A stretch of 63,599 nt of DNA, filler included, from Hausera hauseri (Eukaryota): NCBI GenBank assembly GCA_046269625.1. It is 11 parts of 11 records of this genome, joined end to end, with 100 filler letters (N's around TTAATTAATTAA, not from the genome) between each part and the next. Parts side by side here need not be neighbours in the genome. Positions count along the whole stretch, not along the records: positions 8,159 to 13,548 come from JBJURY010264175.1; positions 13,649 to 19,408 come from JBJURY010193416.1; positions 19,509 to 24,346 come from JBJURY010418366.1; positions 24,447 to 29,190 come from JBJURY010452690.1; 7 more parts are not named here. One strand, given 5' to 3'. Shown one piece after another: positions 12,509-27,072 of the stretch; within the stretch, counting starts at the first letter, position 1; every line of letters begins with the position of its first letter. The notes beneath the pieces were generated by a model. That model saw only the letters and a list, made by a program, of their open reading frames with translations, did not search any database and was not told the DNA's origin. Made by a program: the position numbers and the translations under genes.

Positions 12509-14467
12509 ATATGTACATATTGTTATTCATTGTTAATAATTGTTATATAAAAATATCGTGTTGTTCTCTTGATCAAGTAATGTGGATATAGGATAAGACC
12601 AAGTAAAACTAAGTAACTACTATATAGTATAAGGCAAACTAATTTCATAACACATTTATTTTATAACAACATTGACATAACGCTAAACACTTTTTATAAT
12701 GTGTGTGCTTGTGTGCATGTCTGTGTTTGTAAAATGTAAGTGACCTGAGAAAATGTATAGTTCAGATATATGTCTGTGTTTGCCTGTGTGGGTGTATGTA
12801 AAATGTTATTAACTTGGGAAAGGAATTGTCTAAAATATCTGTGTGTGCGTGTCTGTGCTTTTGTCTGTTTTGCGTGTGTTTATGAATGGGTTTGACTGTA
12901 TGTGCGCGTAAAATGCAAGTAATATGGTAAATGCATGACCATAACATACAGTAATATATGGTACAAGTCAATGTATTAATCAATACATTAGAAAATATAC
13001 TGGTAACATGTGTAATATGGGTAATTTGCGGAGGCTAATTATGGCGAATTATAAGTAACATACATCCTATCAATGTAATGCATGTGAAACTAATCAGTAC
13101 ACTAATCAATACATAAATCAATACAATGCATCAATGCAATAATCAATACACTTATCAATAAATCAGTGCAATGCAGCAATACATTATATATACTTTGGTC
13201 TTATTTACTTAACTCTATTCACCTATATATTTAAGCCTATATACCTATATAGCTAACTCCATATGCCTATATAGTTAATCCTATACATGTATTTAGTTTA
13301 TTCTACGCACCTATATAGCTAGCCCTATTGAACTGTCCAAACATATACCATAGAGTGTATCACTTGAAAGGGTTAGGTATAAAAAAAAGTACGTAACATT
13401 ACATTATCATGTTTAAAATATGCAAAATCAAGTTGAACGTATGCATCCAGAATAATTTATAAGGAATATTAAATATTTCAAAACTATACTCCAAGCACCG
13501 AAACGACTCAGATGGAAACTCATTCATATGCTGCCATCTCATGTAATTNNNNNNNNNNNNNNNNNNNNNNNNNNNNNNNNNNNNNNNNNNNNTTAATTAA
13601 TTAANNNNNNNNNNNNNNNNNNNNNNNNNNNNNNNNNNNNNNNNNNNNAGCATGTGAACTCCAGGATTTCGATCCTCCGACTTGGCCGAGCAAAGTCTTC
13701 TTTACTACTTTAGTAAATTAGTAATATGTGAATCAGTGGTGCTGTTATAACTGAAATATCCATTCCATTCTGAATTTGTAATTCCTGCTGAATTATAGTT
13801 CATTGACTGAGATCTGTGATAAATTGATGGACGAATAGCAGAGTGTGGAGTAGTCGACAGATCTCCTGAACCATCACAGAATCCCGAATGCACATTCTTC
13901 CAGGAATGTGATCCGTGAAATGACTGGGAATTAATATCGGTATGGGCCATCAGACCACTGCCATTAGAATAACTGAAGTCACTCTGATAGCTGTTACCAG
14001 GAACCTGACATAAACAACGATGGTGTGAATTCATACCAAAGGCAGTGAGATAAATGGGATGATTTGATTTCTTATTTGAACATTATTCACAATGGTAACT
14101 GGACAGAACGACGTGGGACAAAACAACGCATTGACAAAGCGATGGGGTGACAAAACGACGTCGTTACAAGTATAATTTAATGAAATATTTATAAATGTAT
14201 TATATATTATTAGGTTAGGTTAAGAGGCAAGATTAGACTAGGGTTATGGATATGGATAGGGTTAGTAAACATCATTGATTTTTGACTTTCGGAGTGTGAA
14301 TCGTTTATTTATGATAACGATTTTTCAATATTTTATATTTATTTCATTTTACATTGCTTGTTTCAACCAATGTTGGATAAACTCCTAAACCTAACCAACA
14401 TAAAATGAAATATTTATTAAACACAATCATTATTAAATCATGTTTCACTGCACACCATCCCTATAGG

Positions 14468-14810
14468 CAGAGGTCCTCAAACCGTGACCCCCGCCCAGGT
14501 CACGAATTAGGGAAGGTGTACTGAAGAGTAATGTCAAGAAATCAACATCTGAAATTTGGATTACGAATGGTTATATTATTAAATGTTTCTACGTTTGGTA
14601 GACTTACATTTGTGAACAAACAATTTCAAAAATGAATTTAATCAAATCAAAACAACGATCAAGATTGACTGAGTCTCACCTTGAGGATTTATTACGAATT
14701 GATCTCACAAATTTTGAAACCAATTTTAAAGAATTAATAATACTTTCATTTTGCCCGCGAAAAATTTTGAAACATTTTGGCTCGTGACAAAATTGTTGTG
14801 ATTACCCTAT
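14468..14810 (+). mobile_element. Internally deleted hAT (Buster/Charlie-type) element
   Basis: 5' CAGAGGTCCTCAAAC TIR-like end; dimerization-domain remnant TYICEQTISKMNLIKSKQRSRLTESHLEDLLRI at ~14602-14700. Confidence 0.7.
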
Positions 14811-15091
14811 GTGTGCGTTTCTTGAATTTTTGTTACAAGATAACTCAAATTTCCAACTTCTACTCAAACAAAACAAGTCTATTAAATCTATAAAACAAAA
14901 ATCGATGAAGGAGGTGAGTCCACGTCGATAAGTGTTATCAACAAATTTCGGATAGTTTTCCAGCAGAAAAACATTACTCGAAAATTTCCAGATTTTGACT
15001 TCAGATCTCGGTTTAACATTTTCAGAACATTCACCGTTCTATCTCGAATTTACCTGGTAGCAGTCCATTCATTTTGAGACTGTAGCATGGC

Positions 15092-15349
15092 AAAGTCCAG
15101 GTAATCGAAATTTTATAAATCTTGGACACCCGAAAAACATTACTGTGTAATTTTTTACTTAGAAAATAATAATATACATTGGATATAATAGTCAATTTTA
15201 GAAGTAACTACTAGAAGTTAATTCAGAAAATTAACCAACACTGTAATTACTTCTAAATTGTCTATGATATATCATTATTTTCTAATTAAGAAAATTATAC
15301 ATGTTTTTGGGGTGTCCAAGATTTATGAAATTTCGACGACCACGACTTT
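15092..15349. repeat. Foldback MITE-like element with long imperfect inverted arms
   Basis: CGAAATTTTATAAATCTTGGACACCCGAAAAACAT...TTTAGAAGTAACTAC mirrored by GTAATTACTTCTAAA...ATGTTTTTGGGGTGTCCAAGATTTATGAAATTTCG. Confidence 0.7.
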
Positions 15350-15492
15350 CTTCCGCACTTGTACCTCTGCATACTTTCAGTTTTGAGCGCTCACGGATCA
15401 AGATTATTTTTTATAAAAAAACAATTACAGTAAAATGCGTTTCCTTGACTGCCTGCATTCATTCAAATCATTGCGAAACTGATAAAATATTA

Positions 15493-16672
15493 TTAGGTTG
15501 GCAAGGATGACATTATATAACCAACTTTAATAGGTTATTTAACATTGGCTTAATTTTTGGCAATTATTTTTGTTGGAAAGTTACATATCTGGCCTATTTA
15601 AAGAAATCATTGTAAGATCTAAAAAATATTAAAAACTTTTTTTAAAATTAGTTTTGTAGAGAATGGAACGGTCGGAAATTTGCCATATTATGATGTATGA
15701 GTTCTTACGTGCAACTACGGTATCCCAGATTACGCGAAATATTAATAATGTATTTAGCTCGCGTTACTACGCAGCAGACAGTATTAAATTGGTTTGCCAA
15801 ATTTCGTACAGGTAACTTTGACCTCAGAATCAAAAGTCAATAATGACAAATTGAACGTCACCGTTGAGTCTGATCCATCTCAGAGTGCCTATCAATTATC
15901 GTTGAAGTTATTGTTGAATAAACAATATTAAATCATTCAGCTCAAATCGGTAAAGTGAAAAAGTTGAATAAGTGGGTTCCACATGAACTGAATGAACAAC
16001 AAACGATTTTGAAAATTGCTTGACGTTGCTTTCTCGTCACAAATCTGATCCGTTTTTGAATCGAATCGTCACTTGTGATGAGAAATGGATCCAATATGAC
16101 AATCGGAAACGTTCAGCAGTGGTTGGATAAGAATGAATCACCAAAACACACTCCAAAGCGCAATATTCATCAAAAGAAACTGATGGTGTGTTAGGTGGTT
16201 TAGCACAGGCTCATCGATCACAGCAGAAATATAGCGCAACCAACTGGACGAAATGACGTAAAAACTTAAAGAACTGCCTACATTGGTCAAACAGATCTTA
16301 CTGCATAACAGCGTTAGACCACATTCTGCACAAATCACTGGCAAAATTACAGGAATTGGAGTTGGAACTTCTTCATCATCCCCCATACTCACCAGACTTA
16401 GCCCTCACTGACTATCACTTCTTCCGCAATTTGGAAAACTTTTTAATAGGAAAACAATTTAATTCCGACAATGCTGTAAAACTGGCCTTCCAGGAATTCA
16501 TTGACCGTCGTCTGCCAGGATTTTATACCACCGTTCTGAACAACCTGTCGCTTAAATTGCAAAAGTGTATAGACAATATGGGTGCATACTTTAATGAATA
16601 AAATAATTGCTTATATTTGTAAGTTATCAATAAACTTTGCCTTTTTTACAAATTTCATTCTTGACGACATGA
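15493..16672 (+). mobile_element. Mariner (Mos1-like) transposon with degraded transposase
   Basis: Left TIR TA|TTAGGTTGGCAAGGATGA, degenerate right TIR ATTTCATTCTTGACGACATGA; motifs KWVPHEL, IVTCDEKWIQYDN, LLHNSVRPH, HPPYSPDLALTDYHFF. Confidence 0.9.
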
Positions 16673-16728
16673 AATTATCAATCATAATACGCGAAATAGA
16701 TCATTGTTTATGAAATTAAAATAAACAA

Positions 16729-18020
16729 TTAAAATGGCAATTTAACGAAATACAATCCACACAAACACACCTGGCTAGGACAGTTGTAATTAACTGGATA
16801 CTGGTTGTTATAATGACTGCCACCGTGATTAAGACCCATTTGAATGTCGGGATTAGAATGTTGAGTTTGATACCTGGAAAGCAGATCGACACAGTTGGTA
16901 CCCATCATTAAATTGACGATGTCTTGGGGACTTGCATCGGGATGAGTAGTACCGGTTAATTCGAATCCCGGTGGAGGAGTGGAAAACCCAAACAAATTTA
17001 TCGATACCATTTGTTGTGTGAGCCGTTTTCGGTCGGTCGTTGACGATTTGCCTTGCATGTACGACATATGAGAATTTTAATTGTAATAATCACTACCAGA
17101 CGGAACCATGGACTAGTGAGAATTTGGTCGGAGAATTGATCGTGGTGCGGAAGCAAACAATGTATCGTTGGATACCAATTTGTTAGACATGTAACTGTTC
17201 ATGCCTTGGCTGATTTTCAGACGGTTCTCATTTGCAATGAGCTCTGCCAATCCCTGTCGAGACATACTGATCGAATCAAAGTCAATATCGGCAGTGTCTT
17301 TCCGTTTATGATAAACATTAGCGTTAGATCGATCAGATCGAAAATTTCGTGAATAATCCATAGAGTTCCGGAACGGAAACTGCGGGTATGATGAAACACA
17401 GTTGTTGTTTGCTTGTTGATTGATTCTCTGATCGTATTGATGCCCGACGGAAATGGAACTCTGCGAATTGAGATGATAGAAACTTTCGAGAAGGGCCGGG
17501 GGAGTAGAAGCGATATCTGAATTGATACTGTGTAAAAACGGCGAATCTGAACTTAAGAAGAGTGGCGAATTGGGACCACCGCTTACATCTTCCTTCGTCA
17601 CTGGAGTGTTTGCTTGATATGGATCTGGTGATTCCGATGATGGTTTGATGGTTTCTTTCATCTGACTCAAACTTGGGAAATCTGGTTTGGAAATGGTGAC
17701 TTTTGAAATAAAACTGTTGTCCCCAGATACTGAGTAGATTTTGGTCGCATCTATCGGATCAGTACATATTGGGGTCATGTGAGCACCAAATTTACGAGTC
17801 GTTTTGGTGGTTGAAGATACTGTGATGGAATTCGTGGTAACAGCAGTTGCGGATGAATGACCGGTTGCGCTGGTTTTCCCCTGTGCAGTTTGTATAGAAT
17901 CACTTGATGGTAATTATGGATTGGACGACGTCACAGCCACCGTCGGTGCTGGAGTGCGTTGTGATTCGATGAATTCCTGGATTATTTGAGATTCGAGTAA
18001 TCTTACATTGTTGATGCAGA
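16729..18020 (-). pseudogene. Unassigned interrupted Ser/Thr/Pro-rich reading frame
   Basis: Consecutive minus-strand ORFs (221 aa, 112 aa and an upstream extension) with higher GC than the flanks; no recognised domain. Confidence 0.3.
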
Positions 18021-20994
18021 TTCAAACATAGTAAAATAAATTTTAGAAGTGGAAGTTTGATGCCCGACTATGGGCCCGACGCGACGGCAACGGACGTCCG
18101 GTCACGCCAAACCAAATAGGCCAAAGGGCGCCGGCCGGTGTGGGCACCACACACTGATGCACAGCAACAAAAAAATCAGTGACGTCCCTTCCAGACAGTC
18201 AGTGCCCCAACAGCAGTGTCAATCAGACCTATCTGTTGTGCTCATATTAGCCCATATACAAAAGTTGGACGAACTAAATAATGATATAATTTTGTTGTTT
18301 TGTTTAAATATTAAATAAATTATGGGCCTATTTGAATAATCTTATAATTCTACAGTAATCTGCGTCAGATATATAATTTTAACATATTGTTGAGGCATCA
18401 CAGTATACCGAAAGAAAAGGCTTTGGTTTTGCTATTCGTTAATAATTCATGACTAAGAAAGGAAATTCGATATTAGGTAAATTCTTGTGATATACGATTC
18501 TGATATGAAAGCGTCAACTGAATCGTCGAATCTCTTAATATTATTTTGGCTCCAAATTATTTCGAAACAGATAATGAAAATTATGTAACAAACTAAGTGT
18601 CGCATAGTGGAAGTTTCCATCTCTCTGAAGATTCGAATCAAACGAGCAATTCAATTTTCTAGTGATCAAAACAATATGGATTATTCGACAGTGAATTTCG
18701 TCACAGATTTATCGACACTGAACGACAATTTCTATTCGATCCAAAACTTCCAAGCTCCTCTCACGAAATATTCTCATAATTCAAATTAATCTACAGTGAC
18801 ATTAAAACATTTAACAGGAAAACAAAAACGGTTATTTTAGAGTATAAAAATGACCCACGAAATTATTGAAAGTATAAAAAATGATGAGAAGTTTTATAAA
18901 AAAAACATTAAAGACGAATACACCAAAGTTAAAAATTATCTATTATAAATAAAGCTGAATTAGGTCCGAAATTATACATGAAATTTTAACAATCTGAAAT
19001 TGATAATGCAATAACCTTTAAGAAAACAAATTCTATTAACGATGCAAAATATAATGTAATATTCAGCCACTTACGAAAAACATTAGAAAAATCAAAAATG
19101 ATAAATTAATTTTAGAATGTTTATATTTTATAGTTTCAAAAATTTTATTAAATTCCTATATTACATTTTGAGTGTATGATGTATCTAGTATAACTGTCAT
19201 TTTTATTCGAATTGTTTTCGCATCTCATTTATCTACACGTCTCCATCCAACACCTATCATTTTCATGTTTTTTTAATAAATCTTATTTTTGTGTTGGTTT
19301 TTTCGATTGTTTGTGCTTCTCCTCCAGTGGAGGTGGTTCTACTTCATTGTTTCTTTTTTAGTGTTATTCACGAATTTTATGCCTGTATCGACTTTGAACT
19401 TCAACATCNNNNNNNNNNNNNNNNNNNNNNNNNNNNNNNNNNNNNNNNNNNNTTAATTAATTAANNNNNNNNNNNNNNNNNNNNNNNNNNNNNNNNNNNN
19501 NNNNNNNNCACTTATGTACTATTCTTTCTTTTTATTATGTTTTTATCATGCAAAATAAAGGGAATGACGCTACTCAATTTTCTTAGGGAAATTTATTTAG
19601 AGGGAGGGAAGATGTTGCGAAATCACGATGCGAAATCAACATAACAATTTAAAATCAATAATTAACAAAAAGAGTGATACAGTTTGATGATCAATTAATG
19701 TTACCGACGGTGAAACACCACAAATGCTACAAAAAGCAATGATTTCAGTCCGATTGAGAGCTAAAAAACTTTTGTTACAAAAATCAGTAATTTCAGTCTG
19801 ATTGAAAGTTAAAATTGTAAGTTGCAAACTAGTGAATAATTAACCATTACAATGCAAACTACTATACAGAAAAAGTTAAAATTAATCACAGCAAAACAGT
19901 GAATAATTAAACACAGCATTAATGATTTTAGATACTATTCTAGTTTACGAAGAATATGATATTGTATGACTGAAAAAAATTTAAAAAGATAATTTTAATT
20001 TTGACGATAAAAATTCGTCATATGGTTAAATGCTGTTGTAAATAACCATTAGTCATGCAGTGTGTTGAAAAGTGCAAAATTAACAGATAAAACCACCTCC
20101 AGATCATATGTAACACCTACAGAACAATAAAAGACACCCCTAAATTAATAGGATGCCTCCCACAAAAATAAAATAAGTATGAAAAGAAATTAAAATCTTA
20201 AAACGAACGAACAAAAAATTAACACAAAAATAAACTCAATCTTGAGTTTTCGTCATTCTCTTTATCGCTTGTTTGAACATTGTACGTCTACTCCGGGTTC
20301 AACTCCTGGTCCGATTTGTACATTGCCAAAAATATGTTTGATTACCAGTTCCATTCTATTTGGATTTCGGTAAATTTTTTATTTATTTTGTTTTTTAAAA
20401 CATTATTTGTTGTTTTTCTTACGCTTTTTTCAAAATAATTTTAAACTTATTCCCACATATTAACAGCGGGAACGGCCGAAACCATAGTAGGCCAACGTTC
20501 ATTACAAATAAATTAAATTAAATAATCTACCTTAAGGGTAATTAATTCTTTCCTTTTGATATAAATATCATTCCTTTATATCCATTTATTTTGGATCAGA
20601 TTAATTCATACAAGGGAATCAAAAACAAAGCTAATTAGAATTCATTAACTATTCATGTGCATAAAAATCTTTTTAAAACGTTTGAAAAATAGGATTGAAA
20701 ATCTAATTTGAATTATCCAAGAAAGATTGGAATTTTTCTTCGCAAGAGAAGCCATTGAGAAGAAAATAAAACATCAACAAGAGTGAAAACATCAACAAAA
20801 CTTTTATAATCAACAAAAGTTAAAGCAGAAACGAAGCTTTTTTAAAAGAGACAAGAAGCCGAATTTTTAAACTCTCACATATAGGTTGAAATTTTGGACA
20901 GTGAACCAACATCTCTATACTTAATGGATCTTTATTTGGATTTAGTTTTGGACAATTATCTGATCATAGAGTTGTCCAGAAAAACTTAAATTAC

Positions 20995-23717
20995 TAGCGT
21001 GCCTCCAAATTGAAAATTTTCCAATTGATATGTTAGCATTTAATGAGAAAACATTTTGGTCTCATTTTTGTGAAGGGTATTGAAGTCCCTCAAAGCTCCA
21101 GATCATGTATATCCCCAAAATCACGAAAATGCATACATTTACTTATGGCAATTTAAAGTGTTTACACAATCAGAGTTGCTTTATGAGCGTCACCGTATTT
21201 TTCACAACCTTCAACGAATAGACGAAATCCCGGACAGTACAGAAACCAGGATCGCTGTTCCACTGACTAACTGGTTTAGTGAGTCATGTGGTGGTTACAT
21301 TAAAACTTTGAAACAAAATATGGGACTCTGGTCCTACTAAATCTTCAAATGTTGTGTCTCCTTCAGTTCTGGGAATACCGGTCGCCCCAATGGGAAATAT
21401 TCTGGAATTGGAATATCGTCAACCCTGGATGCTATGCCCTGTTTGGCACTGTCGGTAATTGATGGTTGCTTACTGAAAAGCACAAAAGGTTCGATCTCTT
21501 GTGTCAAGGATCAACACTGCTTGAAGAGCTTATTCAGGGCAATTTTGGCAACAGCATGGTCAGTCCGCTTGTAGTCTATCATGTCACAAATCATCAGTAT
21601 ATCAAAAGCACGGGCATCAGAAGCACAGCCGATTTTCATCCATAATGACACGTAGAATAGTCTGAGAAATGTGTTCAATTTGCGCAGCTTGTCGACATTT
21701 GTGACGTCATACTCCATCTGTTTGGCAAACATAAACATTTTCATACCGTATAAGTTTCAAACCATCCACCTTGCTTGATAAATATCACTGGGTTTCATAA
21801 AACGATTTCCCCATGTCTGTGTTGCCCCCAATATCATCAAACCGTTCTCAGCACATTCATGATAGCCATCTCGTAAATTTTTTCATAGAACTGCCTGACA
21901 GAAGTGTAGTAAGTTCTTTGATTACGTGTGCTTTCAGTTCAGTCAGCCAATGATCGCCAAACTGTACCATTTCAACAGGAGCTTGAAGATCAAAATATTT
22001 CCAGGCTTTTTTCATTTGGCAAACTGGTTGTTATCTGGTCCAGTTAACTTGCCAAACAGAAATTTTCATACAGCATTTATGAGAAGTTCCAGAGTCTGGT
22101 GCCGACAAGGTAAGTATAACAGTTTTTTTCCTATTTTATCTTCATGTAGCTTTGCTGACCCTCTCTTTACACCAATGTTGCTGTGTGTAGTGTCATACAC
22201 TAGCGCTGTAATGTTGGATAAAATTTTCCACAACTCGAGCAAATGAAATGTTGCATCAGCCTGTGACTGACCTGTAAAGTCCGACAGAGTTGATATGCAT
22301 AACAATTTTCCTTCAGTGTAATGAGGATCTCCTGTCACAATAATGGCAAGACGTTCACTGGCTGCGCCAAGGTGATCCTTTATCAGTTTTCCATCCCATT
22401 GGAGGGCAGTAAAGAGGTGGATTTTCTCTGAAAAAGTTCGATTTGTAGCTTGTCAGCCATTCGTTTCTGACAAGTGGTTTGCCGTGATATGTCAAAGTCT
22501 TTGACATCGACATTACCAGCTTCAATTACTGCAGAAACCAGCATCGTTGTCTGCTGCACTTGTGATTGCCTTGCACTGCATTATCTTTCTTTGTAGGTTG
22601 ATCTTTACATATTCCGTTTTTCTAATCTTACACGCTGTGGGAATGAACTCGACATCATCTTGTGTTTTACTTTTCACCTCTGATTCTTTCACGTCATGAC
22701 AGTCCGTGACTATTCCCAATCTTTGTATTTCCATCTCTTTGACAGGCTGCGTGTACAAAGCTTTCTGTCTCATTTCTTTACCTTCAGCCTTATTTTGAAA
22801 TGTTTTGTCATGACCGGACACCGTTGCTGCCATTTCACTCTTCTGATCCAAGCAGAAGTTTACGTCTTTTTTTCTTCTCTTCTAACAGCAACTGACATTT
22901 CATTATTTCTTCTATAGTATCCGGTGCACGTATATTAAAAATTTTATCCAGTTTTAAAAAGAAACTTGTTCTTTTCCAACCGGGATCTCCATCCCTTTTT
23001 ATATTCTTTGTCAAACTCGCCAAAGATTCATTACAGATATCATACAGTATTGTCGTTTTTTCATTTTGATACGCCTCATGTGCCAAAATACAGTAACTCT
23101 GTCCACGACTTCATATGCCAGTCATTGATCTGGTTTGTGACTGACGAGATGTTGATGCTGATGATGAAGGACCAGACATTTCTTCTGTAGTATCCAACTT
23201 TGTTAAAGCCGTAACAACTGAAGTTGTATTACGTTACGAACGCCTGCTTCTGATTGCCATTATTTCTACTTTAATTCATTGGCAACATAAATTCAAGTCA
23301 ACTGATTTCAACCCACTAATAATTTTATCATCGTCATGTCTCACTGCACAGGGTTTTACCTGCAGGCACAGTAACGGAACAGCAGCAAGCAGTTGCTACA
23401 ACAGTCGCTGTCGCTATCATGTGCGACTGTGCCACTGCAATGAGCTGTGTGACGTGAACTTGCTGACCTGAATTATGGCAACCAAATGGTATTAGCAAAC
23501 AATCTTCAACCTAGTTGCCAATGAAAATAAAAAATAAAGAAGTGAAAATAACTGAAACAAATGTGTTGGGTGTTTGTAGTGAGTTTGGGACTTAAAAACT
23601 TTGGAAGATGACTGATTCGACTGAAGGTAATCCCCAACATGTAAAATTTACTACATAGATATGTGAGTCCATTGGTGGTTTGACAATGATGCTGTCTGCA
23701 CCTATTATTCAATCCTA
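20995..23717 (-). mobile_element. Degenerate DNA transposon, hAT-like (probably hATm-type) transposase
   Basis: Motifs LQWDGKLIKD..SERLAIIVTG..EGKLL, LVYDTTHSNIG, LYLPCRHQTLEL, RDGYHECAE, WNSDPGF..SLKVV. One end reads TAGCGTGCCTCC; the other boundary is approximate. Confidence 0.7.
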
Positions 23718-24448
23718 GCATTTCTTCGTTTCGTTAAAGGGGTAAAAATATTCATTAACATGAAAGTAATTAAACATTTCTGCAATTAGCGTCTAGTGAC
23801 AACTTAATGAAATCTAAATTCATTCATGATATCATAAACTGATCGAAGTCACAAATATAATTCATTATTTATGCTATCCAAACGGGAACCTTTGAGGATT
23901 TATGTTCATTACTATTGGTATTTTGGATGTGGATAAGCAAACGCGCATTTGTATGTGTTGATGTCGATAATAAGTCAAAATTTAAAATCAATTGAAGGTT
24001 CCAATTTAATCTAGCAAGGCGAAAACCGTCGGACAATAACTTGATTCGGATTACCTCCTCTCACACTGCAATATTTTGTAAGGCCGAGATCCATCGGGTA
24101 ATGACTATACAACTAGACCCATTATATTGATCATCAACAGCTCCAATAAAATCGTATACTCCGATTACATCTAATAGATTGTTTCCAATGCTATTAATAA
24201 TTATACCGCAAGCGCAACGTGTTTAGTGATACAGGTGCGCTCGAATACAATTGATTATCCACTTAATGGCTCTCTTATCAAGTCAGATATAGATATAATT
24301 ACGTAAATTTATTATTTGACCCGTTCTACAAAATATACACCGAAATNNNNNNNNNNNNNNNNNNNNNNNNNNNNNNNNNNNNNNNNNNNNTTAATTAATT
24401 AANNNNNNNNNNNNNNNNNNNNNNNNNNNNNNNNNNNNNNNNNNNNCA

Positions 24449-26800
24449 TCATGAACAACAATATACGTCATGCCAGTCAAAAAGGAGGTGAGATTCAGTG
24501 ACCGGTCTAAACAGACATTCCGGCATATGTGGTACATGCCGATATAGAGGCAATCCTACCGAGGCACAACGTATACGACTAAAAGCACATACCAATCGCC
24601 GTTGATATGTTGGTTGTTCCAATAAAAGCCGCCGAACAACTGCAATATTACGTTTTTCATGGCTGGAACTGTATACGCCATTTCCTGCAACAGTTGGAAA
24701 CGATAGCAGAAACGGAAATCGCACCGTGGTACAGTAACAATAGCACTAACTCTTGACATGGACAGACGAATATGAACCGCTGCTTTTCGCTGCCATCGAC
24801 AAATGTTACCTCTGCCATAAAATATTGCCTTTTGATGCACAGGAACGGATCGTACAGGACAACGATCATTTTACCGGTCGATTCCTAGGAGCAGCATGCA
24901 ATTCATGCAATTTGGCAATGCGTGTGCGGCCATTTCTACCGGTGATCTTTCATAATTTCCAAGCTTATGATTGTCATCATATACTCAAATGGGACGTCAA
25001 CGGATTTTTGCACTAGGAACTGTTTATAATCCCAACAACAATGGAGAAGTACCTGTCCCTATCAGCAGGCATAAACCGGTTCCAGGTACGCTTCCTTGAT
25101 TCATTGTAATTTTTCAATGAATCACTGGCGAAGCTGGTAAATGCCTTGCCAGATGTGTTAATAGCCTCAATGCAGTTCCCCACAGCAGAAGAATTACCGC
25201 CGCGATTGACAGGTATAGCAGAGGATGAATACCGGAAAGCACAGAGGCGTTGGACAGAACTCGGCTGTAGAAATATGTTGGAGTACATGCTCTAGTATCT
25301 CAAAGTGGACGTGTACTTATTGGCCGATGTGTTCCAAGCGTTTCGGGCGAAAGCATTGGTTGAAGATAGACTGGAGCCACTCAACTTTTATTCCATACCG
25401 GGAATAAGTTGGGCGTCAGCTCTAATGTCACTGGATCGAGACATTGAGCTGCTGTAAGACTCGGAAATGTACCGGCGGTTTGATGTTGGTATTCGCGGTG
25501 GAATGACATTTGTCAACAAGCATTAGGTAAGTGCTACCGATAAAAACATCACTGCTGTATATTGATATTAATAACTTGTACGGCTGGGCGCTTTCGCAAC
25601 CCCTGCCGTACGATTCATTCGAATGGGTTGTCGATGGACAAGATATGGACGACATAATAGTCAACCTACCACGAGCAGACATGGCAGGCTCAGTCAGATA
25701 CCTGATGGAGGTCGATCTCGTGGTACCAGATAAGCTGCATGACGTTTTGTACAATTTACTGGTCGCACCATTTAACCAATATCCGCCAGGCTCATAAGTG
25801 AAAAAACTGCTCATGACGCATGGACTGAAGCTGAATTATGTGGTCCATTGGCGTCTGCTACAGTTCTACATACAGCTCTGTGTACGCGTCACACAGCTGC
25901 ATCGTGCAATCCGATTTGCTCAGGCTCCCATATTCAAGACGTACATAAATGGAAATTCGGAGAAACGAGCCGCAGCTTGGACAAAGTTCGAAAATGACTA
26001 CTACAAAATGAAAAAAAATTCTCTCTACCGAGAAAATTGTGGAGAATCTGAAAAAGCGGCTCAATATACGCCTATACAATAGCGAAAAGCGGTTGGTCAT
26101 GTACACGAGCAAGGCAGAGTTCAGGCGGTCAATGCACATTGCCGATGGATTGGTTGCGGTGCTGTTAAACAGAGAAGTCGTCCTGGACCGGCCAAGTTAC
26201 ATCGGACAAGTGGCATCAGACTTAAGCAAGTTGCGGATGTATGAGCTACAGTATCGCGATTTGGCACGTTACCGACAAATGTTTGACGGCTGTGACATTA
26301 GTATAATTGCCGGTGACACAGATAGTTTTTTCCTGTGGCTGAAGAAAGTCAATCGCGAACAGCTACTGCAGAAAATGAAGTCAGATAGATTACTGGATAC
26401 GTCCAACTAACCACGGGATCATCTGTTGTACAGCAGCGCGGTCACAAACAAAATCGGCTGCTTCAAGAATGGAAGTGAAAGCATGGTTAAGTATCGGAAA
26501 TAGATGTTCCTAAGCCCAAGGTGCTACAATCTTCTGATGGACTGTGGACCGAAAATGCTGGAAAAAGGAGTCCAGCTAAGACACGGAAATCGACCACGGT
26601 GATTATCGCCGTATATATGAAGAAGCGGCAGAAGGAGGACAATCAGTGGCTGTTGTGTCTCAAACGATCATCCGACCAATTGAACACCAGCTGTACACAA
26701 TAACTAGTGCGAAAGTCGCTTTGTCATGTAACGATGATAAGCTCAAGTGGGTGGGGCGAAATAATAGTTTGACGTATGGACATTGGCGGCTGAAAGAAAC
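24449..26800 (+). pseudogene. Second Polinton/Maverick protein-primed DNA polymerase B (frameshifted, different family)
   Basis: CYLCHK..DNDHFTGRFLGAACNSCNL; FHNFQAYDCH; RFLDS; YLKVDVYLLADVF; YIDINNLYGWALSQPLP (A); YYKMKKNSLY (B); AGDTDS (C); LDTSN; NDDK..TYGHW. Confidence 0.93.
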
Positions 26801-27072
26801 GCCCGTCCAAACAATAGGCGCTCTATCAGTTCAGCTCAGTTCGGTTACTCTAACAATCATTGACAATTATCCCATGTTTATTGTTTTTTATATTTCAATA
26901 ACGTATTTTGTTCAATATCTTTTGTGTTTTGGTTTCGGTTACTTACTTAACCTATTATTATTAAGTAAGTAAAAATAAAACAAAAACGTTGCACGAGAAA
27001 ACAAAATATGAAACACGAATACAATTATCTATTGATCGGGGACACTAAAATCACAAAAACACACAAAGTAAG

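Noticed and set aside
13705-14034. 109-aa Ser-rich ORF as a gene
   Set aside because: Possibly an exon, but no recognisable domain or supportable boundaries.
18600-20520. Possible CR1/Jockey LINE remnants either side of the 19409 linker
   Set aside because: A-rich and LINE-like in flavour, but too degraded to show diagnostic motifs.
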